Origin: Octopus bimaculoides
Lineage: Eukaryota
Reading direction: 5' to 3'
NCBI RefSeq assembly: GCF_001194135.2
Contig: NC_068995.1
Span: 39,057,852 to 39,091,372, forward strand
Length of the DNA stretch: 33,521 nt
The notes beneath the pieces were generated by a model. That model made no database searches. It had not been told where the DNA came from and worked only from the letters and a program-made list of their open reading frames with translations. A program made the position numbers and the translations under genes. Of the stretch, positions 1-12,979 are shown piece by piece (position 1 is the stretch's first letter; the number at the start of each line of letters is the position of its first letter).

Positions 1-419
1 ATATATATATATATATAAGGATGTAGGAGGGAAAATTGAATATATACAGAAAATATATAAATATAATAGTGTGGGTGCATACCATGTGTTAATATACAGT
101 TAAAGATTTATCAGTATATTTAATGAAAATGGTTACAGATGCAAATATTACCTGCGCTAAGGCGGAGGTAAATGTTGTTATTACTGAAAACAAATTTAAT
201 ATTAATAATCATTTCTACAATAGGTATAAAGCCAGAAAGTACATTGCCACCCAATCTTCGATTGGTATACATTTAACCGGCCGGGAAAACATGAAATACA
301 AAAGTCCACACCGGAGGAATTTGAACTCAATTCATAATGCCGGAAGGAAAGTCACGAAGAACTTTCTCTGGTGCGGTAACTTTCCTGTCCCTTTAATCTT
401 AAGATTGATAACGATATAA

Positions 420-615
420 AATGTTGGTATAAAGGCAGCTGATTTTGACCAAAATTGAAATGGATCGCATCAACTCTAGTATTTCACTGGTACTTTTTTT
501 TATCATCCTGGGTGGATGAAGGACAAATTCAACCGCGGTGGAATTTGAGCTCGGAATTTAAAGACGAACAAAATGCCGCTAAGTATTTCGCCCGGCGTAC
601 TAATCATTCTACTAG
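420..615 (-). mobile_element. tRNA-derived SINE, family A (head ...gttagcacgccgggcgaaatgcttagcgg...gagttcaaattccgccg), diverged
   Basis: Homologous to the copies at 18473-18673 and 24573-24788, with a B-box-like gagctcaaattcc on the minus strand. Confidence 0.8.
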
Positions 616-1342
616 TGTAACGTCTTAGTTTTAAGATTAATAGTGAAACATTTACTAATGAAGTAGATGTGTTTTGAAGGTGGAGTAAGCTGTATTTTGA
701 GGGCCAGCTTGTCCAGCCAACTTAGTTGGATAATACGATGTATATACCTTCATATATATGTATGCATATGCATTTGTGAGTACGTACATATAACTTTCGA
801 TATATGTGATTTTATATACCTAAGTATGTGTGTGTGTGTGCGCTTATGTGTGTGTATGTCTTAATTTGTATTAGACAAGATATTCATTGAACTATTGCCT
901 ATTTCTTCGCTGGTAACCGTGTTTGTATGAAATTCTTACTTACAAATAAGGATGCAGCTGTTGCTAAATTAAGCAATTATTTTCAACCGTTTTGACTCAA
1001 TGTGTGTCTCAAAGTAATTTACACCTACGTGCATGACAAAATTGTGACGAACATTTCAGAACAGTGTCGTCAGTTACAATTAGATGAGATATTTTCCTGA
1101 CGCAACAACTTCAGCAATTTTTGTCAGATGACATCTCAATAAATGTATTAAATATTGATGTAATTTGTAACGTGTCAAATAAAAAAGAAAATTGTGAAAT
1201 ATTATATCATTTATATATTAAAATATGTATTATAGAGTAATTAACTTTGTTACTTGCAATCATCCAGTAGTTTATTAATTTTAATCTTTATATTAAAGCG
1301 TTTCTTTTTTAATGTAAAACTTCCACTATTCATTCAAATGAC

Positions 1343-1350
1343 AACGAAGA

Positions 1351-1388
<38 letters not shown>
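1343..1388. repeat. (TG)n microsatellite
   Basis: Direct reading. Confidence 0.97.
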
Positions 1389-1537
1389 CTGTGGTGAGAG
1401 GCAGGCGTCCGTGTACTTATATATGTGTACATAATTAGAAGTATATGCATGGATAGATAATTTGTATGCATATACATTCATTAAAATTTATGTACGTATA
1501 TATGTGTGTGTATATATAGATGTGTATATTTGTATAT

Positions 1538-1835
1538 NNNNNNNNNNNNNNNNNNNNNNNNNNNNNNNNNNNNNNNNNNNNNNNNNNNNNNNNNNNNNNN
1601 NNNNNNNNNNNNNNNNNNNNNNNNNNNNNNNNNNNNNNNNNNNNNNNNNNNNNNNNNNNNNNNNNNNNNNNNNNNNNNNNNNNNNNNNNNNNNNNNNNNN
1701 NNNNNNNNNNNNNNNNNNNNNNNNNNNNNNNNNNNNNNNNNNNNNNNNNNNNNNNNNNNNNNNNNNNNNNNNNNNNNNNNNNNNNNNNNNNNNNNNNNNN
1801 NNNNNNNNNNNNNNNNNNNNNNNNNNNNNNNNNNN
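1538..1835. other. Assembly gap (N run)
   Basis: Run of N. Confidence 1.
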
Positions 1836-2251
1836 GAAAATAAAGAATTACTTAGCTCGTTTCATTTTTTGTTTTTGAATTTTTTCAGTGCTAATGAAAC
1901 ATTGGATATGAAGAGTTACATCACATATGTTTTTGAGTGGCAGTTTTTTTCTTGAAAATGTTTTAAGAACGCATACATTTTCAAATTTTAAACGTTTTCA
2001 TGCTAACGGCAAATGATCCGTTACTTGTTCTCTCCAAAGCAATGCAGTTAAGAAGCATTTTGCTACTGTCTGTCCTCAGTTTCGAAATTCCATTTTTAAA
2101 AAATATTTTTTATTTAAGATTTCAAAACAAATCGTAACGGTTTCATACTCTAGCGTGGGACCCGTTGCATAAATACACCATACTGCTATAGTTTATTAAG
2201 TTGTAGGGGGTATATTTCAATAAGATTATTTTCAATATTTATCCGTATTTG

Positions 2252-2432
2252 AGGCGGTAGGCTGCCAGAATCGTTACCAAAACGGGCAAAATGTTTACCA
2301 GCACTTCTTTCGACTTTACCCTCTGAATTTAAAATCCCGCACATGCTGACGTTCCTGTCATCTCTTGGGCGGGGGGGCGATAAAATCAGTACCAGGTGAT
2401 CAGTGGATTTTATGTAATCGACATCCCCAAAC
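2252..2432 (+). mobile_element. SINE family A, strongly diverged
   Basis: aggcggtaggctgccagaatcgtta...gataaaatcagtacc...gtaatcgac is collinear with 24573-24788. Confidence 0.7.
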
Positions 2433-2594
2433 CCGTCGAGTATGCAGCCCTTGGTCGAAAATAAGAATTATCTGTATTTCAACTGTTGTCTTATCACAAC
2501 AAATATAAAAATGGGAAGACTAGGGATTTCGGGTGAAGCACGTTGTACATACGTCTAAATATTCGCTTAGAGATATATGTCTAATAACGCTTTC

Positions 2595-2708
2595 AAATTT
2601 TACCATAAGACCAGCAATTCTGGTTGAGTGTAAAGCAGGTAAGGTATCAACTGCCACTTAGTTTATGAACCCGAAAGGGACGAAAAGCGAAATCAAACTC
2701 GGCAGAGA
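2595..2708 (-). mobile_element. SINE family A fragment
   Basis: acccgaaagggacgaaaagcgaaatcaaactcggc matches the family A core on the reverse strand. Confidence 0.55.
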
Positions 2709-3192
2709 TGCCCTAATATAAGGATTGTGTATATGTTGCATATATATAATGAATCTCATCCTCAAATATAGATTTCTTTGTCGTGCGTCCCTGCATCCAC
2801 CATCTGTTCATGATTCCCTTCTACTTCTCAAGGATTACGCCGTTCAACAACCCTTCAACCCATCGCTCTGTTTGGGTAATCGTTAAAGTCGATTGCTTTA
2901 CAAGGTTAACGAGCAAATTCTACCTTACTTCCTTTTAGTCGCATTTTACAACAGGCTGGGGAAACTAGCATGGACTAAAATCTTCTCATGATACTATGAA
3001 ATTATATCTTCTCTCATTTATTGTTAATAAATTGCAAAAGAAAAACTGGTTGCCTATATAAACATCTTTCTCGTGTATATTTTTTTTCTTTTGCATCATA
3101 CTATATATTTTATGTTTTGTAGAATGGAACGTTAAGGACCTTTTCATGGGTACCACCAGATTAGTCGAATCCATATATTGTGACTTAACTTT

Positions 3193-3195
<3 letters not shown>

Positions 3196-3232
<37 letters not shown>
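3196..3232. repeat. (AT)n microsatellite
   Basis: Direct reading. Confidence 0.97.
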
Positions 3233-3235
<3 letters not shown>

Positions 3236-6054
3236 AAGAAAAGCAACAACAATGTATTAGGTTGTAGCAGTACGTACGTTTCGTACAAATTTAATTTATT
3301 TATGTAGTGAGAACACAACATAAGATGTTGCTTTTCTTCAAATTTTATTCACCAAATCTCTTGATTTTGTTTTTGGTTTTTACCCTCCCAAATTCTGGTG
3401 CCACAAACATTTTAAGTACCACATTTAATCTTTTGATTAAATCTCTCTCTCTCCCTATATATGTATATATGGAAATATAGATATGCAATGTCTACACTAA
3501 TATAATGTGATGTAATATATAATAGTTGTGTTAACGATATTTTTAGTTATATTAAGGCGATGGGTTCCTTCGCCTTTCAGTGTCCACAGAATTCTAGAGC
3601 TATAGGTCTTATGACGTTGATTATAATCTCCCTTGAAATTATTAGCTGTGTGCATCGTGTAGTTCATTTGAACACCATCAAGTAGAACAATTAATATTTA
3701 TTTTACCACTCCTTTCTAAATTAATAGCCAATGAGCGGACAAGTAACTTAACTCTGATGATACCAATGTGGGTGTTGTGATGGGAGTTCATCAGATATCT
3801 GGTTTTGATTTTGGCTTCTGATGCTGGAACAATATTTTCTATGAAGAAGAGATAAACTTAAAATGTGTGCATAAAGTTTTATGATATCAACTCCGAGTTA
3901 GTAGAAACTAGGAATTTACAATGTATTGGCTTACATATGATATGAGTAGTAGGTGTTCCGTCTATCAAAACTCATAGTAAACCCACACATGATCAATCAC
4001 ATCAGTCCTATCATTTCTTGGGTATTACATCTACGTTTTTCCTCAGAATTCATAAGGCCAAAATATAATCTGCATGATGCCACCAAGATCAGATAAATTT
4101 CAGACAATACTGCTCACAGATGTTTCTTAATTAATTTTAACGAATTCAAGTCATCAGAGTTTCTCCTTTGCTTTTCTTGACTATAATTGGTCATTAACTT
4201 AATGATTATCTCTTTTGCATCATGAGTGTAACCTCCGTTAGTTCAAAATATTGGCTTCTTACATATAACATGTCAGCAGCAACATTATCAGAATATAAAG
4301 TTCAGTACAATGATACCATTTTGGTTAACTGTTAACCATCTAGAATATGATAAATGGATTAACACAACCACATATCATGGATGTTGTGTACTCTAACTAT
4401 TAAATGATTTCTATGATTCATATGTACTACGTATAATGAGGAGCAATAAATTATATTTTTTCATGCTTTAATATAATTTTCGTTTGGCATCTCTGTACGT
4501 GTACAGTATGATAAATCGCTTTCATTTGACATAGAGCTTGCAGATATCGGTCTAGAGTATGACGTTAATGTACATGTCGAAAAACAAAATACTGTATGTC
4601 CACATACATCTGTTTGAGCGGCCACATGATGCCGGGTTCGATCGTAACTTACAGCATAATAGTGAGTACATTCTACAGTAACTTCTAGTAGTGTCCCATG
4701 TATTCTGTGAACATTTGATTGATGGAAACAGCATAGAGTTCGTCGATTACAACGATGACGTTCGCAGATTCGAAAATTAGAATGAGCAATCAATAGAATT
4801 GGTACCATCATACATAGCAAATAATTTTAAGATCTCGATGTATATTCTATTTTATTTTCAAAATTACTAGAATGTAAACGCAAGGACGATAGATTTTTAA
4901 TTGAAATATTTCACATTTTGCATCTTTTTAAACAATTGAAGCAAATGAGCAATAATTACAAAATCTATTCTACTTTCCTATAAATAAATTAATTAATAGA
5001 AATTAATTAATAGGAAACATTTCGAGCAATTTATTCTAGAGAAAACACTACATACTCAAATATATCGAGTGTTTACAATAAACTTCAATGTGAAGTATGT
5101 TTTTTTTTTTTTGTCTCATTTCCCTAATCCAAATTCATTGTAAAACCACAATCAGCGCTGATAAATTGTGAAAACGGCATTTGTTGATTTTCTTGATGCC
5201 TATCATTATCATAGTGATACTTTTGAACCACTGCAGAGCATGTGATCTAACTCTATTTGTTGCTTCTTTATAAGTACAGAAAAGTGAGGTAATCTGACAG
5301 ACAAATGTACAGACACTCTAAAGCTAAAAATACATAGATTTGTTATTGTCCCTGAATACGTCGATTAGAGTTAAATTAAAACCATGTGGAAGACAGTGTG
5401 CAAAAACTTCATTTCGGGAAAATCTAATCGTTGTCTTGAGACATGTTATTTCATTTAATATGATGCTTACTCTATTGTAAGACTGGACATAACAGCCATT
5501 GGAACAGTTTTGGCTTCGGAAGAGGAATGCCGAAAAACTTCAATGATTCAGGTAATTCCTGAATTCCATAAACTCTTCCACTACAACACCGTACACTGTT
5601 ATATACAGCAAATGAAAAAAAAAATTGTTCAGTTGTGTCGATGTCAAAAGAAGAGTTGATGGCTAAATCAAAGAACTTGGCCAACTTTCAGCAATCTTCT
5701 TTGAAAGAACCTGGCCTTATAAAGAATGCATCATGTCAGTTTTGTAAATCGGGAATTAGATAAGATGGACTTCAATCAGTTGGTAATAAAAGTTGTTCAA
5801 GTAATGTCTCGTACAGAACAGGCATCATAAAAAATCTTGCCTTCATTTGTATTTTCGGAACTGAAAACTAAATATCCCTGAAAACTCCGAAATAGCAATA
5901 CTTGTTAAATTACAAAAGAGAGGACTGCAGGAATAATAGCGTTGACGATCACTGCGTTTATCTTTCTTGATTTTCTTTCTCAACCAAGGGATTTGTTATG
6001 CAAAAGTTAAATTTTCTTGAAAACTCAACGAGATGATTTTTATCACATAGCTGT

Positions 6055-6445
6055 GCAGGATTGGATATGTGATAAGAATTTTACTTACCAGCCATATGTT
6101 TCCAGGCTCGGTTCTACTACGTGGAATCTTGGGCAAGTGACGTCTACTATAGCCATGAGCTGATCAAAACCTTCTGAGGTGAATTGGTAGAGGGAAACTG
6201 AAAGACGACCCTCATATGTTTATGTATGTATATTTTCTAACTGTGTTGGTCCTCCACTACGCCTTGGCAGTCGCTGTTGGTGTGTTTACATCTTAACTTT
6301 GTCGTTCGGCAAAAGAGAATGATAAAATAAGTACCTGGTTGAAAATGTAAGAAGTACTGCGGTTTAATGGAACGACTATAATTCTTCATGGTTGTGCCCC
6401 AGCATAGCCGCAGTCCTATGACTAGAACAAGTAAAACAAATAAAA
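6055..6445 (+). mobile_element. SINE family B, old diverged copy
   Basis: Collinear with 9541-9950: cttgggcaagtg, gaaactgaaaga, ggtgtgtttac, gttcggcaaaagag, ataagtac, ccagcatagccgcagtc and the aagtaaaa tail. Confidence 0.85.
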
Positions 6446-6569
6446 TGATCCTCAATTTGTTAAGTTTTGATCATTTCAAACATCCGACTGATTTCCAAAA
6501 ACCAGCAAGTACTTAAAAGTAGCGTGTTTTCACTACGTAGGTTTTTCAGACCAGTTTTTTTTTTCACAG

Positions 6570-6709
6570 CCTGATAAACTTGATTTTTGTTCTAAGATAC
6601 CCTGGAAAAAAACCCTGCTTCACTTCACTGAAAAACGTCAAAATATCTATAAGTTCTGGTTGGCCACACTCTTAATTAAGAAGACTGCTCGTGAGATCCA
6701 ACGTTACAG
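6570..6709 (+). CDS. Candidate internal exon of an unidentified gene (140 nt, phase 0-2)
   Basis: Strong acceptor tttttttttcacag| and donor CAG|gtgata. The open frame is PDKLDFCSKIPWKKTLLHFTEKRQNIYKFWLATLLIKKTAREIQRY. No homolog was recognised. Confidence 0.3.
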
Positions 6710-7799
6710 GTGATACACAATGCAAGTGTCGATATCTTAGACATTCTGTATATGTTTCAATTAGCATGCATAGTATTAGATAGTCATCTTTGTCCTCTGG
6801 ACGATAGTATGCTTAATTAATCACGTCTTCTACAGTTTCCTATTGCACTACCTGTGCAGGGTTGCTGTCATCAGCCATTAGGCTGAAAGTAGGCACTACG
6901 TAAATATTTAAATTTCCAGGAGGAACCAGATCAAATGGGACATTACATTTCTCTCCAGAACCAAAAAAATAGTTGGAATTAATCATCAAGAAAAGATATA
7001 CCACAGAAAATATTAGTATTATTAAAGATATAGTAAAATCGATAATTGTTAAAGAAATTCTTTCTGAAATTAACTTATTCGTTAGTATTGTTCCTTATAA
7101 TTAAGAGGAACGATTTTCATATTCAATTGGTCGGTCAGTGGTTAGTAATAGCAGTCAAATCCCACTCAAATCACATCCAGCCATGTTAGAAATAGCTAAC
7201 ATGATGGCACAACTATAGAATAGTTACGACATGTGTTCATAGGTCTACTCGATCAAACATTGTGTTCGGTGAAACTGCAAAAAAGAACATTGACTTGCAA
7301 ACAGCCTGAAATAGTAAATCTATGCAAAATAATACCACCTCCAGAATGTAGTAAAATGCGTGTACTACGAGGCATATATTTATGTTGTTTTTTTTTTATG
7401 AACCAGCGTGTATTTACACGATTTCGTGAAGACATTCTTACACAAATCACACCACACTTCAAATCATCTGCTTTATACCCTGACACAGTCACAAAATGTC
7501 AACGCCCACTAAAAAATTTGTTCCCAAAACAACTGGCATCCTAAAAATGGTTCAGTGTATGCGATAATCTACTTCCGGATGTAATTTTCCTTTCGGTAGT
7601 CCTCTTCATAAAATCATACGTGGCTGTTTATCTGTTTACCTTATCTTGTGTACAGTACTGGCAACTACATATTTTTAGCTGTGAACCCCATCTTTAGATT
7701 TGCTTCTCTCCAACTATAGGTATGTGTGGGAATCTGAGGAATGCTAGCTGATTAGAAAGGTGAAACTGTTTTACGTATACGTACATTCATTCATACAGA

Positions 7800-7916
7800 C
7801 TTACCTACCAACCTACCTACCTACCTACCTACCTACCTACCTACCTACCTACCTATCTACATACATACATATAAGTGGGTGTGTATATATTAGTATATAT
7901 ATGTATGTGTGTTTAA

Positions 7917-7961
<45 letters not shown>

Positions 7962-8096
7962 CATATAAGTGCATATATATGTGTTTGTGTATATATATAT
8001 ATATATGTGTGTATACGTACATATATGTATATATATGTATGTATATTTATACATATATAAGTATGTATACACATACATACATACATACACACATAT

Positions 8097-8134
<38 letters not shown>

Positions 8135-8145
8135 ACACACATATA
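7800..8145. repeat. Compound microsatellite (CCTA)n/(TA)n/(CATA)n/(CA)n
   Basis: Direct reading. Confidence 0.96.
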
Positions 8146-8258
8146 TGTTCAAACTCCGATTCAGGTCATGTCATATTTCTACATATAGACTTAGTAAGTT
8201 TCGGTCAGCTGTGACTTCCTTCCATGTGTATGTAACATGCCTTGTGTTTTATTTTTAG

Positions 8259-8337
8259 GCAAGATCTCAGATAATTTGAAAGTGGATTTAATTATATGTG
8301 ACACTGAGTTTTTTCATTCTAATTCGCCTTTAATTTG
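8259..8337 (+). CDS. Candidate internal exon (79 nt, phase 1-2)
   Basis: Acceptor cttgtgttttatttttag| and donor TG|gtgaat. Only one frame is open: KISDNLKVDLIICDTEFFHSNSPLI. Confidence 0.27.
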
Positions 8338-9540
8338 GTGAATCCACAGTTGCTGTAATTTTATTCTAACGACATAGTGTGTGGGAATGATATTAAAATC
8401 ACGATTGTATGTTCACGCAGATACCACTACAGCTTCTTTAAGATATTTAAAGTATTTATTAGAAACAAACTTCTTAGAGCACTACTTGCAATTCTGAAAT
8501 GCAGTGTGTATGCATGTACACACATTGCTATCTGTACGTTATTTTATGAAAATACATAAATCCGTTTTTACTAATCTAGAAATGAAGCTTGCTCTTGGAT
8601 ATTGGAGTTCGTTAATAAAATATTTTTTACTGGAAAATTGATTTTCTTTTGTATATTATTGAAGCCATATGCTGTTTCAATTATGATATTAAAGATTGTT
8701 CGACACGAAGACCTAGCCTAATGGTCATGTTGTATTCCTATCTGCGTTTAATCACTGTTAGAATCTGTTGAAAACGCATAACAAAATAGAGATATTCATA
8801 TGCACGCGCGTGTTTGTGTGTGTATTCTTGACGTCTTAGGAATTTAGAATCTTCAAGAACGTGAAATAATTCTCATCTTTTTTAGCATGATGAATCTCAA
8901 AGCAAATAAATCTGCGAATAATATATTACAGAATATTAATAAACATAATAATATGCTATAAATAAATGCTACCAAACCTACTGTTACAGCTGTATCTGAA
9001 ATTCACGCTTTGATTACATTCATGAAAAACGGAATATGTAGTCTTCCATTAGTTATTGTTGTTACTTAAAACTTAGTTATTGCTGATCCAGCGAAACGTA
9101 GATAAAAAAAGACTTCAATCGAGGACAACATGTGTGTTTTAGATAGACCCGACCCGGTATTGCATTAGCTAAAAATTATCCATTATTTTAATGACTTTAG
9201 AGAATGATTTGACACAATGTTGGCTGTTATTTACGAATAGTTATGCAACAAATAAAGTCTACAATATTTGTTTGATCCTGTGTATTTGTTTCATAGAAGT
9301 TGCATTCATGATTTTGTGTTTCATATCAATAATCGCGAACGGTACACAAACGTATTGCATGTCATTATTGTTTCTTTATCAGTTACTAAAATAATAATAA
9401 AAAAAAGACGAGACATCATGTATATACAGAGTATATCTTTGTCTGAGAGAGACTGTATATGTATATGTTTATGTATACATGTATGTATGTATACATTCCG
9501 TGAATTCACTGTTAATAAGATACGCCAACGCGCTATTGTT

Positions 9541-9687
9541 GTGTGGTAAGTAGCTTGCTTACCAACCACATGGTTCCGGGTTCAATCCCACTGCGTGGCA
9601 CCTTGGGCAAGTGTCTTGTACTATAGCTTCGGGCCGACCAAAGCCTTGTGAGTGGATTTGGTAGACGGAAACTGAAAGAAGCCCGTC

Positions 9688-9737
<50 letters not shown>

Positions 9738-9950
9738 TTGTGTGTCTGTGTTTGTCCCCCCACCATCGCTTGACAACCGATGCTGGTGTGTTTACGTCCC
9801 CGTAACTTAGCGGTTCGGCAAAAAGAGACCGACAGAATAAGTACTAGGCTTACAAAGAATAAGTCCCGGGGTCGATTTGCTCGACTAAAGGCGGTGCTCC
9901 AGCATGGCCGCAGTCAAATGACTGAAACAAGTAAAAGAGTAAAAGAGTAA
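9541..9950 (+). mobile_element. SINE family B, near full length and young, with an internal (TA)n(TG)n tract
   Basis: tRNA-like head with B box GGTTCAATCCC, a CORE-like ccttgggcaagtgtc block, an internal microsatellite, a 3' module and a repeated gtaaaaga tail. Confidence 0.92.
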
Positions 9951-9996
9951 TATATATATATGAGTGTGTGTGTGAGTACGTGGGGGTGTACTAGAC

Positions 9997-10245
9997 GCAA
10001 GTGGCTTGGTGGTTAGTGTGTTAGATTCATGATCGTAAGAGGGTGGTTTCGAATCCTGATCTGGGGTTTACGTTGTGTTCCTGAGCACAACACTTCATTT
10101 CACTTTTCTTCAGTCCATACAACTGGTAAAGAAGAGTAATCCTAAGACGGACCGGCGTCCCGTCACGGTGGGGAATATACACGCCAGAGAAGCCGGGAAA
10201 ACGGTTCTTATGAGTCGGCTTGAATAGAGAAGAAAATTTCACCTT
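9997..10245 (+). mobile_element. tRNA-derived SINE, family C head with an alternative tail
   Basis: A-box-like gtggcttggtggttag, B-box-like gtttcgaatcc and CORE-like ttcctgagcacaacacttcatttcac. The head is shared with 21275-21590, but the tail differs. Confidence 0.8.
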
Positions 10246-10849
10246 TTTATCGTATGTGTATATATATTCAATTATATATTAATACGAATATCTGTACATA
10301 TACATACATGCAGACATCAATACATTTCAATCTCGCTCTTTTTTCTTATTTTCCTTTTTGTGCTTTGTATCTCGTTTCTACTAATTATGTTTTCCATCTA
10401 CCTATCTTTTTTTTTTGCCGAGAAACTTTCGTACACCTACATATGTTCCAATCCTATTTTCTTATAGCGAAGCAATCAGAAGATATTTTCTTTATTTCTC
10501 TGCCTTACTTTGATGGGTATCATTTTCTTTCATTTATTATATTTCTTTCAGGTAATAACCATGGCGATGTGAAAATGATATTCGTATTCATATTCATATT
10601 GAACCTTTTTCATCTTTACAAACATTATCATTATTCTCAACGTTATACTCTTCTCGTTTTCCTCGTCATCCTCATCAAATTTTCATTGTTTGCAAATTAT
10701 TATGGATTTAGCAGATACCATGTTGATAGTATTATCATTCTGCGCAGTATAGTGCCAAAGGATATCTTAAGCTCTACCTTCACATACACGGTATACATCA
10801 AGGATACAGAAACTGTGTGGGAGCTCTTTACATGAATGGAGGAATGCAT

Positions 10850-10937
10850 AGAAAGATGCATGAATAGAAGGATGGACGGAGGGGTAGATGAATGAATGGA
10901 TGGATGGATGGATGGATGGATGGATGGATGGATGGAT
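10850..10937. repeat. (GGAT)n/(GAAT)n microsatellite
   Basis: Direct reading. Confidence 0.93.
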
Positions 10938-10959
10938 TGTTAAATTATACTTATAATTC

Positions 10960-11275
10960 GAAGGAGGTGAGAAATTGCTGGAGTCGTTAAGTATTTGGTA
11001 GAATGCGTCGTGAAATTTGTTTGGGCTATCTGAATGCTTAGTTCCAATCCTGCCGTTACCAGGCTGAAATATGATCCATTGGGAGTCCATAAGAATTAGT
11101 AGCCCCGGGCTGTAGCTATTGTTAGGCAGAATTGGAGGGCATCGGTTAAATTGTCTCGTATTACCTGTTCTGAAATTAATACTTATGCGGACATTGGGGC
11201 GGAGCTGTACCATCACTGATGCGGTGGCTTTTCCTTCGAATGACTTTGCTGGCATGCAAAAGGCCTTCTTGCATT
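10960..11275 (+). mobile_element. Diverged SINE-like element (family A-like head, distinct body)
   Basis: Head ggaggtgagaaattgctggagtcgttaag...tagttccaatcctgccg resembles family A; the remainder is unassigned. Confidence 0.4.
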
Positions 11276-12167
11276 AAGGACAAAAGCTTATCTTCCTCAC
11301 AAAATACATAAATGAGCACGCCTTCGTGAGCTGTAAAAAGACATGGTCAACCTTATCCAACAGAAGTCCTAGATAATTCAAAGAACAAGCCTTCTCATAC
11401 AAGCTCTCAGGCTAATGTTGCCTGAAAGTCATGTTAAGAACACGCTTCACAGATGTACATTAAAAAACTTACATATAATTCACTGAGTTCTCTTCACTGA
11501 ACAGTTGGAATGACCATTTTCTAAACGGTCGCTGGATATATTTAGCCAATTTATATATCGTACATTACACCAATTTGGTTACGAGACAATAATTGTGTCA
11601 ACCAACACTTAGTTTCCAGTCGTAGTGGAAAAGAAAAATGGAAAAGTACAAGATTGCTATATTATGGGTCGCAACTTAAAATATGCACCAAATATTTCCA
11701 TAGACATGACATTGTGTTAACATTTACGCAGATCATTTAGCGGAAAGAAATGTATCTCTTTACACACTTTATTCATACACTAGCTCTTTGGTAATTACTC
11801 ATGCCTCCAGTTTCCGTGACGTTAAGTGGACGAAAATTATATTTTCCGCTGTATTAGAAGTAGATTTTATTTTTCATTTAGTTTGTGCAATACTTCTCAT
11901 TATTGTTGAACATCGGAGGAGTGACCATATTTGCGAACCACCCAGCAGTGAACTATGCTTCCTACTGAGTTCTAACCCAGTAGATTGATAGTCAAATCTA
12001 GACGAACGTAACCCAGTTCATACATTACTGCATTGCTTATCTCATTCGTCGAACTTCCTTAAATGCAATATGTTATGTAGATTCTGCCGCTTTTATATGC
12101 CTGCCAAAAAACTGTGTGCATCCCTGTGTGTAGATGCGTGTGGTGGGGGAGTGTGTGAATAGGTGGG

Positions 12168-12169
<2 letters not shown>

Positions 12170-12257
<88 letters not shown>

Positions 12258-12258
12258 T
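12170..12258. repeat. (CA)n(TA)n microsatellite
   Basis: Direct reading; contiguous with a family B SINE. Confidence 0.97.
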
Positions 12259-12414
12259 ACGACGGGCTTCTTTCAGTTTCCGTCTACCAAATCCACTCAC
12301 AAGGTTCTGGTCGGCCCGAGGCTATAGTAGCAGACACTTGCCCAAGGTGCCACGCAGTGGAACTTAACCCGGAACCATGTGGTTGGTTAGCAAGCTACTT
12401 ACCACACAGCCACT
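12259..12414 (-). mobile_element. SINE family B, 5' half only, ending in an expanded microsatellite
   Basis: Near-identical reverse complement of 9541-9690. The 3' module is absent beyond the (TA)n(CA)n tract. Confidence 0.92.
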
Positions 12415-12979
12415 TCTCTAAGTTTTCCTTCCTATGTTTTTGTTTTATATCTAACTTCATTTTTCGATTGGTTTTTATTTTAGCTGAAACATTGACGCAT
12501 TTCGAGACCTCTACTATTTACTACTATTTACTTCATTTTTTCTTGGCCGATAAATTCAGATATTTTCTTTCGTGCACTGTCGCAACTGAAGATTGGGTTT
12601 CGGATATTTTGAACCCCTCAGAGCAAAACATTCTCTAGGTCGGCATACACATTTTTTTCCTCCGAGCAAAAGCAAGAAAGAAGAGGGATCGAGCTAATAC
12701 TGAACAAGTAGCTCCTTTCTTGACACAGCAATAGTAAAAAGTCACAGACATGTATTCAATTCAACCACCAGCGCGACTATCTAATTAATATTTACCGTAG
12801 CAAACTTTAAAGGATAATAAGCACAATCGATCCTGCAGGAATATGAAAGTAACGCTGTATCGTTTCAATATTTTTATCTTTGCGTTAAGGGCAAGAATTG
12901 ATTGTTTTTATATATAAATATTTATGGATGGATAGATGGATAGAGAGCCAAAGAAACGGAGAACTAGATAGATCGCTTT

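Noticed and set aside
870-1120. hAT transposase C-terminal resemblance
   Set aside because: The similarity was only impressionistic, with no conserved CExxFS motif in any frame.
1462-1955. Long ORFs containing X (also at 21990-22265 and 32580-33298)
   Set aside because: They are open only because they span N gaps.
4105-4165. CTGATGA...GAAAC on the minus strand
   Set aside because: The helix II closing pair is C-A and there is no helix I/III or NUH arrangement.
4461-4820. 119-aa minus-strand ORF; an overlapping frame has a C-type-lectin-like WDTTRSYC
   Set aside because: No complete domain is present and the lectin-like match is only about 10 residues; it is retained only as an exon candidate.
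5900-6010. KERTAGIIALTITAFIFLDF resembling GPCR TM6 or RT motif A
   Set aside because: It is too short, has no flanking motifs and is bounded by stops.
7233-7697. 103-aa plus-strand ORF continuing about 47 codons past one stop
   Set aside because: No recognisable motif or splice framework; expected by chance at this length.
7760-8214. Stacks of ORFs rich in YI/CV/HT dipeptides (also at 13-17 kb, 20.1-20.5 kb and 26.2-26.7 kb)
   Set aside because: These are translations of dinucleotide and tetranucleotide microsatellites.
9541-9610. tRNA gene call for SINE heads
   Set aside because: The A/B boxes are present but there is no full cloverleaf, and the heads continue into SINE bodies.
10254-10835. 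193-aa plus-strand ORF, the longest non-PLE ORF
   Set aside because: The F/I/L/Y-rich product comes from T-rich DNA and a decayed (ATC/ATT)n-like trinucleotide tract; no domain motif is present.
12483-12640. Hammerhead-like fragments CTGAGGG...CCGAAAC and CGAAATGCGTC on the minus strand
   Set aside because: The core, helix I and helix III cannot be assembled into a valid fold for either fragment.
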